Of a DNA stretch of 64,000 bases, positions 19,855 to 29,160 are shown piece after piece. Where the stretch lies: the NCBI GenBank assembly GCA_036490955.1, contig DASXCX010000080.1, positions 4,906 through 68,905 on the forward strand, in the 5' to 3' direction. The DNA comes from Stellaceae bacterium (lineage in GTDB: Bacteria > Pseudomonadota > Alphaproteobacteria > ATCC43930 > CGMCC-115725). The first letter of the stretch is position 1. Each line of letters opens with the position of its first letter. Position numbers and translations under genes: made by a program. The notes under the pieces were generated by a model that did no database searches, was not told the origin of the DNA, and saw only the letters and a program-made list of their open reading frames with translations.

Positions 19855-20243
19855 TCGCGCGCCGGCATCGCTTGCCGCCGACGCGCCCGCCGCGCGGCGT
19901 GTGGCTCGCTTTCTTCGCGGTGACACTGCAGGTGCTGCTGCCGTTCTTCCTCGCACTCCAAATCGCGCACGCCGAGGAACCGGGCAGCGCCGCGGTCATC
20001 TGCTCGGCGCTCGGCCATGATACGCATCAGGGTAGCAGCCCTGCGGATCAGGGGCAGATCGATCAGTGCTGCTCGATCTGCACGACCCTCGAGGCGGCGC
20101 AGGGTTTCGCGCCGCCCATGACGCTGCCGCTCGCCATGCCGGCGGAAATCGGCCGCAACGTTCTCGCCGCGAGCAATGTCGCATGGCGCGCGCTGCTCAT
20201 AGCTTCTCCCTATCAATCGCGGGGACCGCCTTCCATCGCCTGA
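19851..20243 (+). CDS. DUF2946-like small Cys-containing protein
   Basis: This is the C-terminal part of the artefactual track ORF 18888..20243. MIARRHRLPP...WLAFFAVTLQVLLPFFLAL...VICSALGH...CCSICT. ATGA overlap with the NiCoT stop. Confidence 0.6.
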   Translation: MIARRHRLPPTRPPRGVWLAFFAVTLQVLLPFFLALQIAHAEEPGSAAVICSALGHDTHQGSSPADQGQIDQCCSICTTLEAAQGFAPPMTLPLAMPAEIGRNVLAASNVAWRALLIASPYQSRGPPSIA

Positions 20244-20313
20244 TTTGCACGCATTAGCCGAAGCACCCCCGCGCGGCGCTTCGCTCGTCAATTCATGCAG
20301 ATGGAAAGCCAAC

Positions 20314-21237
20314 GTGAACAAGAACCTGTTTTGGTATCCGGCGCTCGGCGCCGCGTTCGCCATGCCTTTCTACTCCTTACCAGCGAATGCCCACGGATTT
20401 GCCGGGCAGCGCTTCTTTCCGGCCACGATCCAGACGGACGATCCATTCGTCGCCGACGAGATGTCGTTGCCGACTGTGACCGTCAATCCAAAAGCACAAG
20501 ATGGATCGCGCGAAAGCGATATCGGCTTCGATATCGCAAAGCGCATCACGCCTAATTTCGGATTGACCGCCGCCGATCAATGGAAATATATCCGCGTCCC
20601 GGGGGCGCCTCATCAATACGGCTTCGACAATCTCGAAACGGGCGCGCAATACCAACTCTTCGTCGACGCGTCGCATGAGGCGATGGCGCTCGTCGGGCTC
20701 GACGCGAGTTGGGCACACACTGGTCGGGTCAATGGCGCCGGCGCCGACGATTTCACCACGCTGTCGCCGGCGTTCGATTTCGGCAAGGGCTTTGGGGATT
20801 TGCCGGACTGGCTGAGCTATGCGCGGCCATTCGCCATAACCGCCAATCTCGGATTCGATTTCCCAACCAAGACCGAAAGTGCCGGCAATCCCAATCCGAA
20901 CAATTTCACCGCCGGCGCGGCCCTCGAATACAGCTTCGAGTATCTGGAACATCACGTGAAGGATATCGGATTTGGTGCGCCATTCGACCGCATGATCGCG
21001 TTAGTCGAATGGACCTCGACGACCAATCTCAATCGTGTGCCGAATGGCAGCGTCACTACCGGCATCATCGCGCCGGGGTTGATCTGGGCGGGGCAACATT
21101 ATCAGCTCGGCGCCGAACTGCTCGTGCCCTACGGCAACAGCGCCCAAGGTCACGGGATCGGCGGTGTCCTGCAATTCCATCTCTATCTCGACGATCTTTT
21201 CCCCAACAGCATCGGCAAGCCGATATTCGGAGATTGA
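20314..21237 (+). CDS. Outer-membrane beta-barrel transporter (MetA/phenol-degradation-like family)
   Basis: In-frame GTG 20314 gives a signal peptide (M)NKNLFWYPALGAAFAMPFYSLPANA. Alternating beta pattern and a C-terminal aromatic-rich end. The alternative ATG start is 20245. Confidence 0.6.
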   Translation: MNKNLFWYPALGAAFAMPFYSLPANAHGFAGQRFFPATIQTDDPFVADEMSLPTVTVNPKAQDGSRESDIGFDIAKRITPNFGLTAADQWKYIRVPGAPHQYGFDNLETGAQYQLFVDASHEAMALVGLDASWAHTGRVNGAGADDFTTLSPAFDFGKGFGDLPDWLSYARPFAITANLGFDFPTKTESAGNPNPNNFTAGAALEYSFEYLEHHVKDIGFGAPFDRMIALVEWTSTTNLNRVPNGSVTTGIIAPGLIWAGQHYQLGAELLVPYGNSAQGHGIGGVLQFHLYLDDLFPNSIGKPIFGD

Positions 21238-21239
21238 TC

Positions 21240-21605
21240 ATGCGTAATTCGAAATTTCGCGTAGCGCTGTCCCTATTATTGCTCGCGGCCGCAACGCCCC
21301 GCGCCTTCGCCCACGCTTTCCCCGATCACGCGCAACCGGCGGTTGGCAGTACCGTCTCGCCCGCGCCGGCTGAACTCAAAATCTGGTTTACGGGGAAACT
21401 CGAGCCGGCCTTCAGCAAGCTCGATGTTCGGGATGCGAGCGGCGCTGGGGTCGATAAAGGCGATGCGGCGGTCGATCCGCAGGACGCGACTCTCCTTCAC
21501 GTCTCGCTAAAGCCATTGCCGGCCGGCACTTATAAGGTTCATTGGCATGCGGTTTCGGTCGATACGCATGCGACCGACGGCGATTTCACCTTCTCGGTGA
21601 AGTAG
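21240..21605 (+). CDS. copC: CopC-domain periplasmic copper-binding protein
   Basis: 122 aa. The mature N-terminus HAFPDHAQP begins with a His (the His-brace ligand). Contains YKVHWHAVSVDTH. Confidence 0.85.
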   Translation: MRNSKFRVALSLLLLAAATPRAFAHAFPDHAQPAVGSTVSPAPAELKIWFTGKLEPAFSKLDVRDASGAGVDKGDAAVDPQDATLLHVSLKPLPAGTYKVHWHAVSVDTHATDGDFTFSVK

Positions 21606-21633
21606 CCGCGAGCGCTCTGACAGAGCTAAAGCG

Positions 21634-22596
21634 ATGGATCCGTTGCTTATCGCTACGCGCGTATTGCATTTCGCCGGCGCGCTGTCGCTCGTCGGCGTGC
21701 TGGGCTTTGCCGCGTTCGTCGCCGATCTCCCGTCGCCGCGGCTGGCGCGGCAACTCCGTGTCGCAGGGCGGTCGAGTGCCGCGCTGTTGCTCCTGACGGC
21801 GCCGCTCTGGCTCATTCTCGTCGCCGAGAATATGAGCGCGGAAGCGCTGCCCGCGACAATTTCCCATGGCGTGCCGAGGGTCGTCTTGCTCGACACGCAA
21901 TTCGGACGCGCGCTGGGATTGCGCTTCGTCCTCACGCTGGTGCTGCTGCCGTTGCTCGCGCGGCTCGGTAAGGATCGTGTGCTCGATCGCGCGGCGGTTC
22001 TGCTTGCCGCGGTGAGCGTCGCGGCGATTGCCTGGCAGGGGCATGCGGGCGACGAACTCGGCCGCGACGCGGTGATTCATCTCACCGCCGACGCGGCGCA
22101 TCTGCTCGCCGCCGGACTCTGGCTCGGCGCGTTGCTGCCGCTGATGCTCTTGCTCCGCGACACGATCGAGATCGATCAGCGCTACGAAGCAGCGAAGCGG
22201 TTTTCGATGCTCGGTGTCATCTGTGTCGCGGCGTTGCTGCCGAGCGGCATCGTCAATGCTTATTACCTTGTCGGCTCGGTACCGGCGCTGATCGGTACCG
22301 TCTACGGCCAGATACTGCTGCTGAAGCTCGTCATCGTGCTGGCGATGTTGGCGCTCGCCACCGTCAATCGCGGGTACCTCGTGCCGCGCCTCGCCGCGCG
22401 CGACGATCACGCTGCGCGGCGCCTCGCGCGGCATTCGGGCATCGAAGCCCTACTGGGGCTCGGCGTGATCGCAATCGTCGCGGTGCTCGGCACGATGGAG
22501 CCGGCGCTGCATGAGCCGGTTGTTTGGCCGTTTGGCGCCGTGTCACCGGCCGATTCATCGCCGGCCATGCCGGCCGATCACATGCATCAGGATTAA
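21634..22596 (+). CDS. copD: CopD-family copper resistance/import membrane protein
   Basis: 320 aa, ~8 TM, follows copC. Confidence 0.8.
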   Translation: MDPLLIATRVLHFAGALSLVGVLGFAAFVADLPSPRLARQLRVAGRSSAALLLLTAPLWLILVAENMSAEALPATISHGVPRVVLLDTQFGRALGLRFVLTLVLLPLLARLGKDRVLDRAAVLLAAVSVAAIAWQGHAGDELGRDAVIHLTADAAHLLAAGLWLGALLPLMLLLRDTIEIDQRYEAAKRFSMLGVICVAALLPSGIVNAYYLVGSVPALIGTVYGQILLLKLVIVLAMLALATVNRGYLVPRLAARDDHAARRLARHSGIEALLGLGVIAIVAVLGTMEPALHEPVVWPFGAVSPADSSPAMPADHMHQD

Positions 22597-22611
22597 GTGA
22601 AGGAGAGGGTG

Positions 22612-23127
22612 ATGAAGGCTATTCTTGTCATGGCGGCAGCGGCTTTGCTCGCGTCACCGGTTTGGGCCGATTCGAACGGCATCAAGGTCGACCAGGTTTG
22701 GGCGCGTGCGACGCCCGGCGCCGTTAAGACCGGCGCGATCTATCTCACCATTACCAATACCGGCACGACGCCGGATACGCTCGAAGGAGCGGTGAGCACG
22801 TCAGTGGCCGAGCATGCCGATCTGCATGAGGAGAAGATGGCCAACGGCGTGATGGAGATGCGACCGGTGGAATCGTTAACCATCGCGCCGGGCAAGAGCG
22901 TCATCTTGGAGCCGAATGGCTATCACATCATGCTGACCGGGTTGAAGGCACCGCTTAAAGAAGGCCAGACCGTGCCGCTGACTCTGACCTTTGACCATGC
23001 GGGCCAGCAGCAGGTCATCGCTTCGGTTGCCAAAGTCGGGGCGATGCACGCGGATGAGAGGAGCGGTGTTGGCGCGGCGCCCGCTGGAGCCCCCGATATG
23101 TCCTCGATGCCGGGCATGTCGCACTGA
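22612..23127 (+). CDS. PCu(A)C copper chaperone (DUF461)
   Basis: Trimmed to MKAILVMAAAALLASPVWA (AAGGAGAGGG upstream). HxxM...GYHIML copper-binding pattern and a Met-rich C-terminus. Confidence 0.85.
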   Translation: MKAILVMAAAALLASPVWADSNGIKVDQVWARATPGAVKTGAIYLTITNTGTTPDTLEGAVSTSVAEHADLHEEKMANGVMEMRPVESLTIAPGKSVILEPNGYHIMLTGLKAPLKEGQTVPLTLTFDHAGQQQVIASVAKVGAMHADERSGVGAAPAGAPDMSSMPGMSH

Positions 23128-23281
23128 CGAGTCGAATCAGAGTCGTCGCAATACGTGTCGACGCAATACGAGTCGCGTGTATCGAATCGTCATGACGAAA
23201 ATGACATGCAATATCGTCGCGGCACTCGATGACGGAACCGTCGCGACCTATGCGGTCGTTCTGTTGAGAGCCCGAATCGGC

Positions 23282-23360
23282 TTTTATTATTTTCAATAAA
23301 TTATTTTAATATCAATATATTGTATTATATTGTTGATATTATAGATCATGATGATTTATC
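23282..23360. promoter_or_regulatory. Extreme AT-rich tract with internal inverted and direct repeats
   Basis: TTTTATTATTTTCAATAAATTATTTTAATATCAATATATTGTATTATATTGTTGATATTATAGATCATGATGATTTATC. Inverted repeat AATATCAA (23308..23315) / TTGATATT (23333..23340). Direct repeat ATATTGT x2. Confidence 0.5.
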
Positions 23361-23490
23361 CACGTTAAGCACGTCGCGCGAAACGCGTCGCGAGAGCGCT
23401 TTCACGTCAGCGAAATTGAAGCTGCACAAATCCGTCATGCGCCGCTGCTACGTCGTTCACGTCGTCCCATGCATTGTTCGAGGACACGGA

Positions 23491-23913
23491 ATGACAGCGT
23501 TTCCTGCAAAACACCAAAAGCTTCAGGCCGCGATGAAGAACGGTCTGATGAATTTCATCAGCGCGACGAAAGCCAGCAAGCCGCGGCGTCGGCCGCATCT
23601 CTGGCTGGTGCCGCCGGCGTCGAAGCCATTGCCAGCGCCGCAAGTCGCGCAAATCGATCCGGTGGCGCTCACGGTCCTGGCGGTCAATCGGCTGGGCCTC
23701 GCGACCTTCCGCAGCTCGACGAGCGGTAAGGTCGCGACGGTGTCCGTGCCGGACGCGCGCACGGCCGAGATTTTCCGAGCCGCGTTGCGCGAGATGGAGA
23801 AGATCCGCCGTACCGATCGGCTGGTCGACGTGGTTGTCGCCGGCGATGATGGCGCCGCGCCGGGACCCGGCGATCGAGCGGGCAATCGAGGTCGCGATGC
23901 AGTCAAAGCTTGA
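23491..23913 (+). CDS. Hypothetical protein
   Basis: Track ORF 23320..23913 trimmed to MTAFPAKHQKL (ATG 23491), because the upstream part crosses the AT-rich tract. Confidence 0.45.
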   Translation: MTAFPAKHQKLQAAMKNGLMNFISATKASKPRRRPHLWLVPPASKPLPAPQVAQIDPVALTVLAVNRLGLATFRSSTSGKVATVSVPDARTAEIFRAALREMEKIRRTDRLVDVVVAGDDGAAPGPGDRAGNRGRDAVKA

Positions 23914-24490
23914 AATCAAGGGCGCGGAAAGCGCCCTTTTTTTTCGTCATTGGCTGCGGCATCCGCTCGAAATCGGCGCCTTCCTGCCGTCGAGCGCGGC
24001 GGTTGGCCGCGCGATGGCGAAAGCGGCCGCCTTCGATCGGCCCGGGATGGTTCTGGAACTCGGCGGCGGCACCGGAGCGGTGACCGCGAGCCTGCTCGAA
24101 GCAGGCTGTGCGCCGGAGCGGCTGATCGTGGTCGAGCGTGAAACTGCGCTTGCCGCGATGCTGCGGCGGCGCTTCGGCGGGTTGCGGATCGTCGAGGGCG
24201 ACGCTTGCGCGATCGACATCATCCTCGCCGAGCACGGCATTACCAAGCTCGCGGCGATCGTCTCCTCTCTGCCGATCAAATGGTTCCCCATCGCCGGCCA
24301 GCGAGCGGTGATCGCGCCATGTCTCGATATCGCCGGCGAGGACGGCAGCTTCATCCAGCTGACCAATGCGTTGGTCTCGCCGGTGGCGATGAGCGCGCTC
24401 GACCTCGACGGGTGCGAGATCGCGCGGGTGTGGTCGCAATTCCCGCCGGTGCAGATCTGGCGCTATCGGCGCCGGCGAGGACTCGCATGA
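23897..24490 (+). CDS. Class I SAM-dependent methyltransferase, phospholipid N-methyltransferase (PmtA)-like
   Basis: Trimmed to MQSKLEIKG. FFRHWLRHPLEIGAFLPSS...VLELGGGTGAVT is the COG3963-type pattern. Confidence 0.7.
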   Translation: MQSKLEIKGAESALFFRHWLRHPLEIGAFLPSSAAVGRAMAKAAAFDRPGMVLELGGGTGAVTASLLEAGCAPERLIVVERETALAAMLRRRFGGLRIVEGDACAIDIILAEHGITKLAAIVSSLPIKWFPIAGQRAVIAPCLDIAGEDGSFIQLTNALVSPVAMSALDLDGCEIARVWSQFPPVQIWRYRRRRGLA

Positions 24491-25305
24491 TGACCCATTT
24501 GCAAGCGATCAATCGTTTTCGCTCGATCTGGATCTCCGACTTCCATTTGGGAACCCGCGGATGCAAAGCAGAATTCCTCCTCGATTTCCTGCGCCATACC
24601 GAATCCGAATACCTTTACCTCGTGGGCGATATCGTCGACGGTTGGAGGCTCAAGAAGTCGTGGTACTGGGCCCAAAGCCACAACGACGTTATCCAAAAGA
24701 TCCTCCGCAAGGCGCGGAAGGGGACGAAGGTCATCTACGTTCCCGGCAATCACGACGAGATGCTACGCGACTACACCGGACTGCAGTTCGGTGGCGTGAT
24801 GGTCGAATCCGAAGTCATCCATATGACCGCGGATGGCCGCCGCATGCTCGTCATCCATGGCGACGCCTTCGACGGCGTCGTTCGATATGCTCGCTGGTTG
24901 GCTCTCTTGGGCGATTGGGCCTACGACCTGATGCTCAAGATAAACAATTGGTACAACCACGCGCGGCGTCACCTCGGCTATCCTTACTGGTCGCTCTCGG
25001 CCTATCTCAAATCGCGCGTCAAAAACGCGGTGCAATTCGTCGGCGATTATGCCAATGCGATCACCGCCGAGGCCCGGGCGCGCAAGGTCGACGGCATCAT
25101 CTGCGGCCATATCCACCAGGCCGAGATGCGCGACATGAACGGCGTGCTCTACTGCAACGATGGCGATTGGGTCGAAAGCTGCACCGCCTTGGTCGAGCAC
25201 TTCGACGGTTCGCTCGAAATCCTGCACTGGATGACGCTGCGCGCCTGCGATCCTTTCAATCCGCCGGATCAGCGCGAGCTCGAGCTGATTGAAGAGGACG
25301 CATGA
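24487..25305 (+). CDS. LpxH-family (UDP-2,3-diacylglucosamine diphosphatase-like) metallophosphoesterase
   Basis: Trimmed to MMTHLQ. ISDFHLG, LVGDIVDGW, GNHD and GHIH calcineurin-like motifs. ATGA overlap with the upstream gene. Confidence 0.8.
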   Translation: MMTHLQAINRFRSIWISDFHLGTRGCKAEFLLDFLRHTESEYLYLVGDIVDGWRLKKSWYWAQSHNDVIQKILRKARKGTKVIYVPGNHDEMLRDYTGLQFGGVMVESEVIHMTADGRRMLVIHGDAFDGVVRYARWLALLGDWAYDLMLKINNWYNHARRHLGYPYWSLSAYLKSRVKNAVQFVGDYANAITAEARARKVDGIICGHIHQAEMRDMNGVLYCNDGDWVESCTALVEHFDGSLEILHWMTLRACDPFNPPDQRELELIEEDA

Positions 25306-26303
25306 AGATTCTGTTGGCCAGCGACGCTTGGCCACCACAGGTCAATGGCGTCGTGCGCACGATGCTGACGGTGATGCGGGAGCTCGAAGCGCTCGGGCAC
25401 ACGGTCGTCACCCTGACGCCCGATCAGTGCTTCACGGTGGCGTGTCCCTTCTACAAGGAGATCAGGCTGGCGATTAACCCGGGCGGCGCCGTCGGGCGGA
25501 TAATCGAGGAGACCAAGCCCGATGCGATCCATATCGTCACCGAAGGTCCGATCGGTATCGCGGCGCGGCGCTGGTGTATGCGGCATGGGCTGCGCTTCAC
25601 CACCGCCTATCACACGCGCTTCCCGGAATATCTCGCGGTCCGCTGCATCGCGCCGCAACGCTTCACCTATGCGTTGCTGCGCCGCTTTCATGCGCCTGCG
25701 GTGCGGGTGATGGTCGCGACGGAATCGGTACGGCGCGAGCTCGCCGGTCATGGCTTTAACAATCTCGCGCCATGGGGCCGCGGGGTCGATCCGCTCCTGT
25801 TCGATCCGGAGCTTCGTGACGAGAAGCCGGAGTTCCAGCGGCCGATCTTTCTCTATGTCGGCCGCGTCGCGCATGAGAAGAATCTTCCGGCTTTCCTCGG
25901 CCTCGATCTGCCTGGCTCGAAAGTCGTGGTCGGCGAGGGGCCGGCACTCGCCACGCTGAAAGCGCGTTTCCCCGACGTCCATTTTCTCGGCAAGCGCGAA
26001 GGCCAGTCTTTGGCGAAGGCTTATGCCTCGGCCGACGTTTTCGTTTTCCCGAGCCGCACCGACACTTTCGGTCTGGTAATGCTGGAAGCGCTCGCCTCGG
26101 GCGTGCCGGTCGCAGCCTATCCGGTACCGGGTCCGCTCGACGTGCTGGGCGGCAGCGATGCCGGCGCGCTCGATGAGGATTTGCAACGCGCGGCGCTCAA
26201 AGCGCTCGAATTACCGAGGGCGCGCTGCCGCGAGCATGCGCTGCGCTTCACCTGGTCGGCTTGCGCGCGCCAGTTCCTCGATCAGCTCTGTCCCGCGCGC
26301 TAG
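25302..26303 (+). CDS. GT4-family glycosyltransferase
   Basis: 333 aa. The N-terminus MKILLASDAWPPQVNGVV and the E..G....EA C-terminal motif (FGLVMLEALASG). Confidence 0.85.
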   Translation: MKILLASDAWPPQVNGVVRTMLTVMRELEALGHTVVTLTPDQCFTVACPFYKEIRLAINPGGAVGRIIEETKPDAIHIVTEGPIGIAARRWCMRHGLRFTTAYHTRFPEYLAVRCIAPQRFTYALLRRFHAPAVRVMVATESVRRELAGHGFNNLAPWGRGVDPLLFDPELRDEKPEFQRPIFLYVGRVAHEKNLPAFLGLDLPGSKVVVGEGPALATLKARFPDVHFLGKREGQSLAKAYASADVFVFPSRTDTFGLVMLEALASGVPVAAYPVPGPLDVLGGSDAGALDEDLQRAALKALELPRARCREHALRFTWSACARQFLDQLCPAR

Positions 26304-26316
26304 CGTGACAAATTAT

Positions 26317-28695
26317 CTAAAGGGGCGCCTCGACCAGCAGTACGGGCTCTTCCGGCCGCAGCGGTAGGGCGAACTTGCCGTGCATCGGGATGGGCGCGAA
26401 AGCGGTCCCTCCGGTGCGGCGCGCGACCAGCCAATGGAGCGCCGCCGGAATACGCAGCTCGGGCGCAATCTCCGCCAAAGCCACACCAAGCGACTGCGCG
26501 ATTTCGACATTGCTGCGCCGTCCGTCGATCGCGGCGAGAAAGCGCTGCGTCTGCGGTGAAGGTTCGTAAGTAATGGTGCGGCCATTGCGCAGCAAGACCG
26601 GCAATTTCGCGCCGGGCTCTATGGCGTGCGCGAGCGCGTGGCCTCCGAATTCGCTCATCGCCGAGAGGATCGCCTCGGGCTCGGCCGGGTCGAGCGCGGC
26701 GTTCGCCACGCGCGTCGCGTAAAACGTATGCAGCGCGAGGCTGCCGTCGAGCGCTTCGGCCATATCCTCGCGCTGCGGCTGCGGCAGGCGGGCGAGCCGG
26801 ACGCGCTCGTCGGGATTGCCGATATAGAGATCGAGATCGTATTGCAGGGAACAGGTCGCGGGCGCGGCCTTGTAGGTGCCGAAAGCCTGAAGATGCAGCC
26901 CCGCGCCGCTGAGGAAATCGCGCACGCCCGATGCCGTATAGGCGCGATCCTGATCGTGCAGCAGCGTGTCCCAGAGATTCGTGTCGTCTTTCAGATAAGC
27001 CGCCTGGATATTCTCCCACCCTTCGCACAGCCGGAATGGGTTCGTTGCCGGCAAATGGGCGAGGATGTCGCGTGCGAGGGCGAGCTTCTGCTCGCGATCG
27101 TCGATGCCGGCGGTCGCGCCGCGCAGCACCTCCTGCATCGCATAGATATGCGCGCGGCCGGGAAGGCCGTAGAGCATCAGCGCCATGCCGCCATCGGGCG
27201 CCAGCATGGCTTCGAGGGCGCGCAGGCCCGCTTCGGGATCGGGCAGATGGTGGAGCACGCCGAGGCAAGTGATGTAGTCGAAGGCGTCGAGGCCAAGCTG
27301 CGGTGCTTCGAGCAGCGAAGCGTTGACGAATCGGATATTCGTCAGGCGACGCATCTTCGCGCGCGCCTCGGCGATCGAGAGGCTCGCCGAGGAAAGATCG
27401 AGCGCGACGATGTCGGACGGCGTGTGACGCAACTGCTCGCCGAGCCACATGACACTGTCGCCGGTGCCGCAACCAGCAACGAGCACGCGCAAGCCTTTGC
27501 CGAAATCGCGCCCGCCGGCGAAGCAATATTGATTGACCTTGGCGAGAATGTCGGGTGGCGTGACATAGCGCACGTAGCGCTCGCCTTCGGGATCGCGTGC
27601 CGGGAAAGGCAGGCTTTCGTATTGTCCGCGCACGCCGCTATGCGATGCCTCTCTCATGCGCTCGCGCAACAATGCGCCGCTGCGCTCGCCCGCCCGCGCG
27701 TGCAGCGCGCCGCCGAGATTCTTGCGCGCCTCGCCGTAGTCCGGCCGCAGCGCTAGCGCACGTTCGTAGCGGGCGATCGCGTCGTCGAAGCGGCCGATGT
27801 TTTGCAACGCCGCGCCGAGATTGTTGAGAATCTCGACATCTTCGGGCTGCAACGCCAGTGCGCGCTCGAAACAGGCGATCGCGTTTGCGTACTCGCCCTT
27901 TTTATCGAGCACGAGACCGAGGCCGTTGTGCGCCTCGCCATAATCACGCCGCAGCGAAATTGCGCGTTCGAGATGCGTCGCCGCGGCGTCGAGTTCGCCC
28001 ATCTCATGCAGAACGTTGCCGAGATTGGCGCAAGCCTCGGCGAAATCCGGCCTGACGGCGAACGCGCGCTCATAAGACGCGCGTGCGTCAGCGAGCTTGC
28101 CGAGATCGTGCAGCGCGTTGCCGAGGTTGTTCATCGCCTCGGCGTAATCGGGTCGAAGGGCAAGGGCACGTTCGTAGCGCGTGATCGCCTCGCCTGCCTT
28201 GCCCTGCTCGCGCAGGGCATTGCCGAGATTCATTTGGCCTTCGGCATAGTCGGGATTATGCGCCAAGGCGCGTTTGTGGAGACCGATCGCGTCTTCGGCG
28301 CGGCCTTGCATCAATCGCAGATTGCCCAGATTGCTCAAGGCTTCGACGTAATCGGCCTTCAGCGTCAGCGCCCGCTCGTAATGCGCGGTGGCTTCGTCGA
28401 TCCGGCCGAGCGCGGCGAGCGCGAGGCCGCGGTTGTTGTGGAAGAACGGCACAGCGTCGGTAATCGCGATCGCCTGGCCGATAAGATCGATCGCGCTGAG
28501 CGGCTCGCCGCGCTGATAGGCAAGTACGCCGAGGAGATGAAGACTGTCCGCGTGGCGCGGGTCGCGCGCCAGGATCTGGCGATAGAGCCGCTCGGCTTCG
28601 GCGTAATGCCCGCTTTGATGCAGGCGGAGCGCCTCGTTGAAGCTGTCTTGCGCGCCGCCGCCCTTTTTGGCAAGCCGCCGTTCAACCCGGCTCAT
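26317..28695 (-). CDS. TPR-repeat protein fused to a class I SAM-dependent methyltransferase domain
   Basis: 792 aa. About 9 tandem 34-aa TPRs (AxxxYxxALxxxPdyaeA), then VLVAGCGTGD motif I. Confidence 0.8.
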   Translation of the reverse strand: MSRVERRLAKKGGGAQDSFNEALRLHQSGHYAEAERLYRQILARDPRHADSLHLLGVLAYQRGEPLSAIDLIGQAIAITDAVPFFHNNRGLALAALGRIDEATAHYERALTLKADYVEALSNLGNLRLMQGRAEDAIGLHKRALAHNPDYAEGQMNLGNALREQGKAGEAITRYERALALRPDYAEAMNNLGNALHDLGKLADARASYERAFAVRPDFAEACANLGNVLHEMGELDAAATHLERAISLRRDYGEAHNGLGLVLDKKGEYANAIACFERALALQPEDVEILNNLGAALQNIGRFDDAIARYERALALRPDYGEARKNLGGALHARAGERSGALLRERMREASHSGVRGQYESLPFPARDPEGERYVRYVTPPDILAKVNQYCFAGGRDFGKGLRVLVAGCGTGDSVMWLGEQLRHTPSDIVALDLSSASLSIAEARAKMRRLTNIRFVNASLLEAPQLGLDAFDYITCLGVLHHLPDPEAGLRALEAMLAPDGGMALMLYGLPGRAHIYAMQEVLRGATAGIDDREQKLALARDILAHLPATNPFRLCEGWENIQAAYLKDDTNLWDTLLHDQDRAYTASGVRDFLSGAGLHLQAFGTYKAAPATCSLQYDLDLYIGNPDERVRLARLPQPQREDMAEALDGSLALHTFYATRVANAALDPAEPEAILSAMSEFGGHALAHAIEPGAKLPVLLRNGRTITYEPSPQTQRFLAAIDGRRSNVEIAQSLGVALAEIAPELRIPAALHWLVARRTGGTAFAPIPMHGKFALPLRPEEPVLLVEAPL

Positions 28696-28719
28696 CGTTG
28701 CCGGCCTTTCGCGCCAGGA

Positions 28720-29145
28720 TCAAAATGCAGCGCACGCCTCGCTCGTGATCACGCCGACCGAGCGTTGCTTGAATTGCGCGCGATAGGCGTTGATGACGCT
28801 GCCAATCCGCGTCCTGAGATCGGATTCCGGATCGGCAACGACGAGCAGAATCTTACTCGGCTCGTGGATCAGCTTGCCACTCGCCTGATCGTACCATTGC
28901 CCGGTGCCGTCCATCACGGTGAAGCCGTCGGGAAATTGCGGCGTGATCGCACGCGCCGCGAAAGCATCCCATTCCGCGTCGGTCAGCGGTCCGCGGCCCG
29001 CGATGTCGCGGCCGAAGAAAATCTGGGCGATGGTGTAGCGCCCTTGTCCCGGCAGAGGGCAGGCCGGCGCTGCCGCTTGTTTCGGCGCCGACATGGCGCA
29101 TGCGGCCAAGCCGAGCGCGCAGAAAAGGGCGAAGATACGGTGCAC
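28720..29145 (-). CDS. DUF3574-like lipoprotein
   Basis: 141 aa with LAAC lipobox. Confidence 0.6.
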   Translation of the reverse strand: MHRIFALFCALGLAACAMSAPKQAAAPACPLPGQGRYTIAQIFFGRDIAGRGPLTDAEWDAFAARAITPQFPDGFTVMDGTGQWYDQASGKLIHEPSKILLVVADPESDLRTRIGSVINAYRAQFKQRSVGVITSEACAAF

Positions 29146-29160
29146 GGGGCTGTTTCGCGT

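Noticed and set aside
18888-20243. 451-aa ORF overlapping the NiCoT gene in another frame
   Set aside because: The first ~320 residues are Arg/Gly/Pro-rich frame noise over the NiCoT gene. Only the last 130 aa, from ATG 19851 (ATGA-coupled), look like a real DUF2946-like protein.
23128-23281. Short GCAATACG / GTCG repeats downstream of the PCuAC gene, considered as a possible structured RNA or terminator
   Set aside because: I could not fold a convincing stem-loop or find a T-tract. The repeats are short enough to arise by chance.
24205-24486. N-terminal extension of the LpxH-like ORF; similar extensions at 2915..2989, 3767..3838, 4883..4969, 17618..17815, 23320..23490, 30754..30774, 31193..31882 and 41717..41794
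   Set aside because: The extensions overlap upstream genes or AT-rich non-coding DNA and lack an RBS. Internal starts have Shine-Dalgarno sequences and give canonical N-termini.
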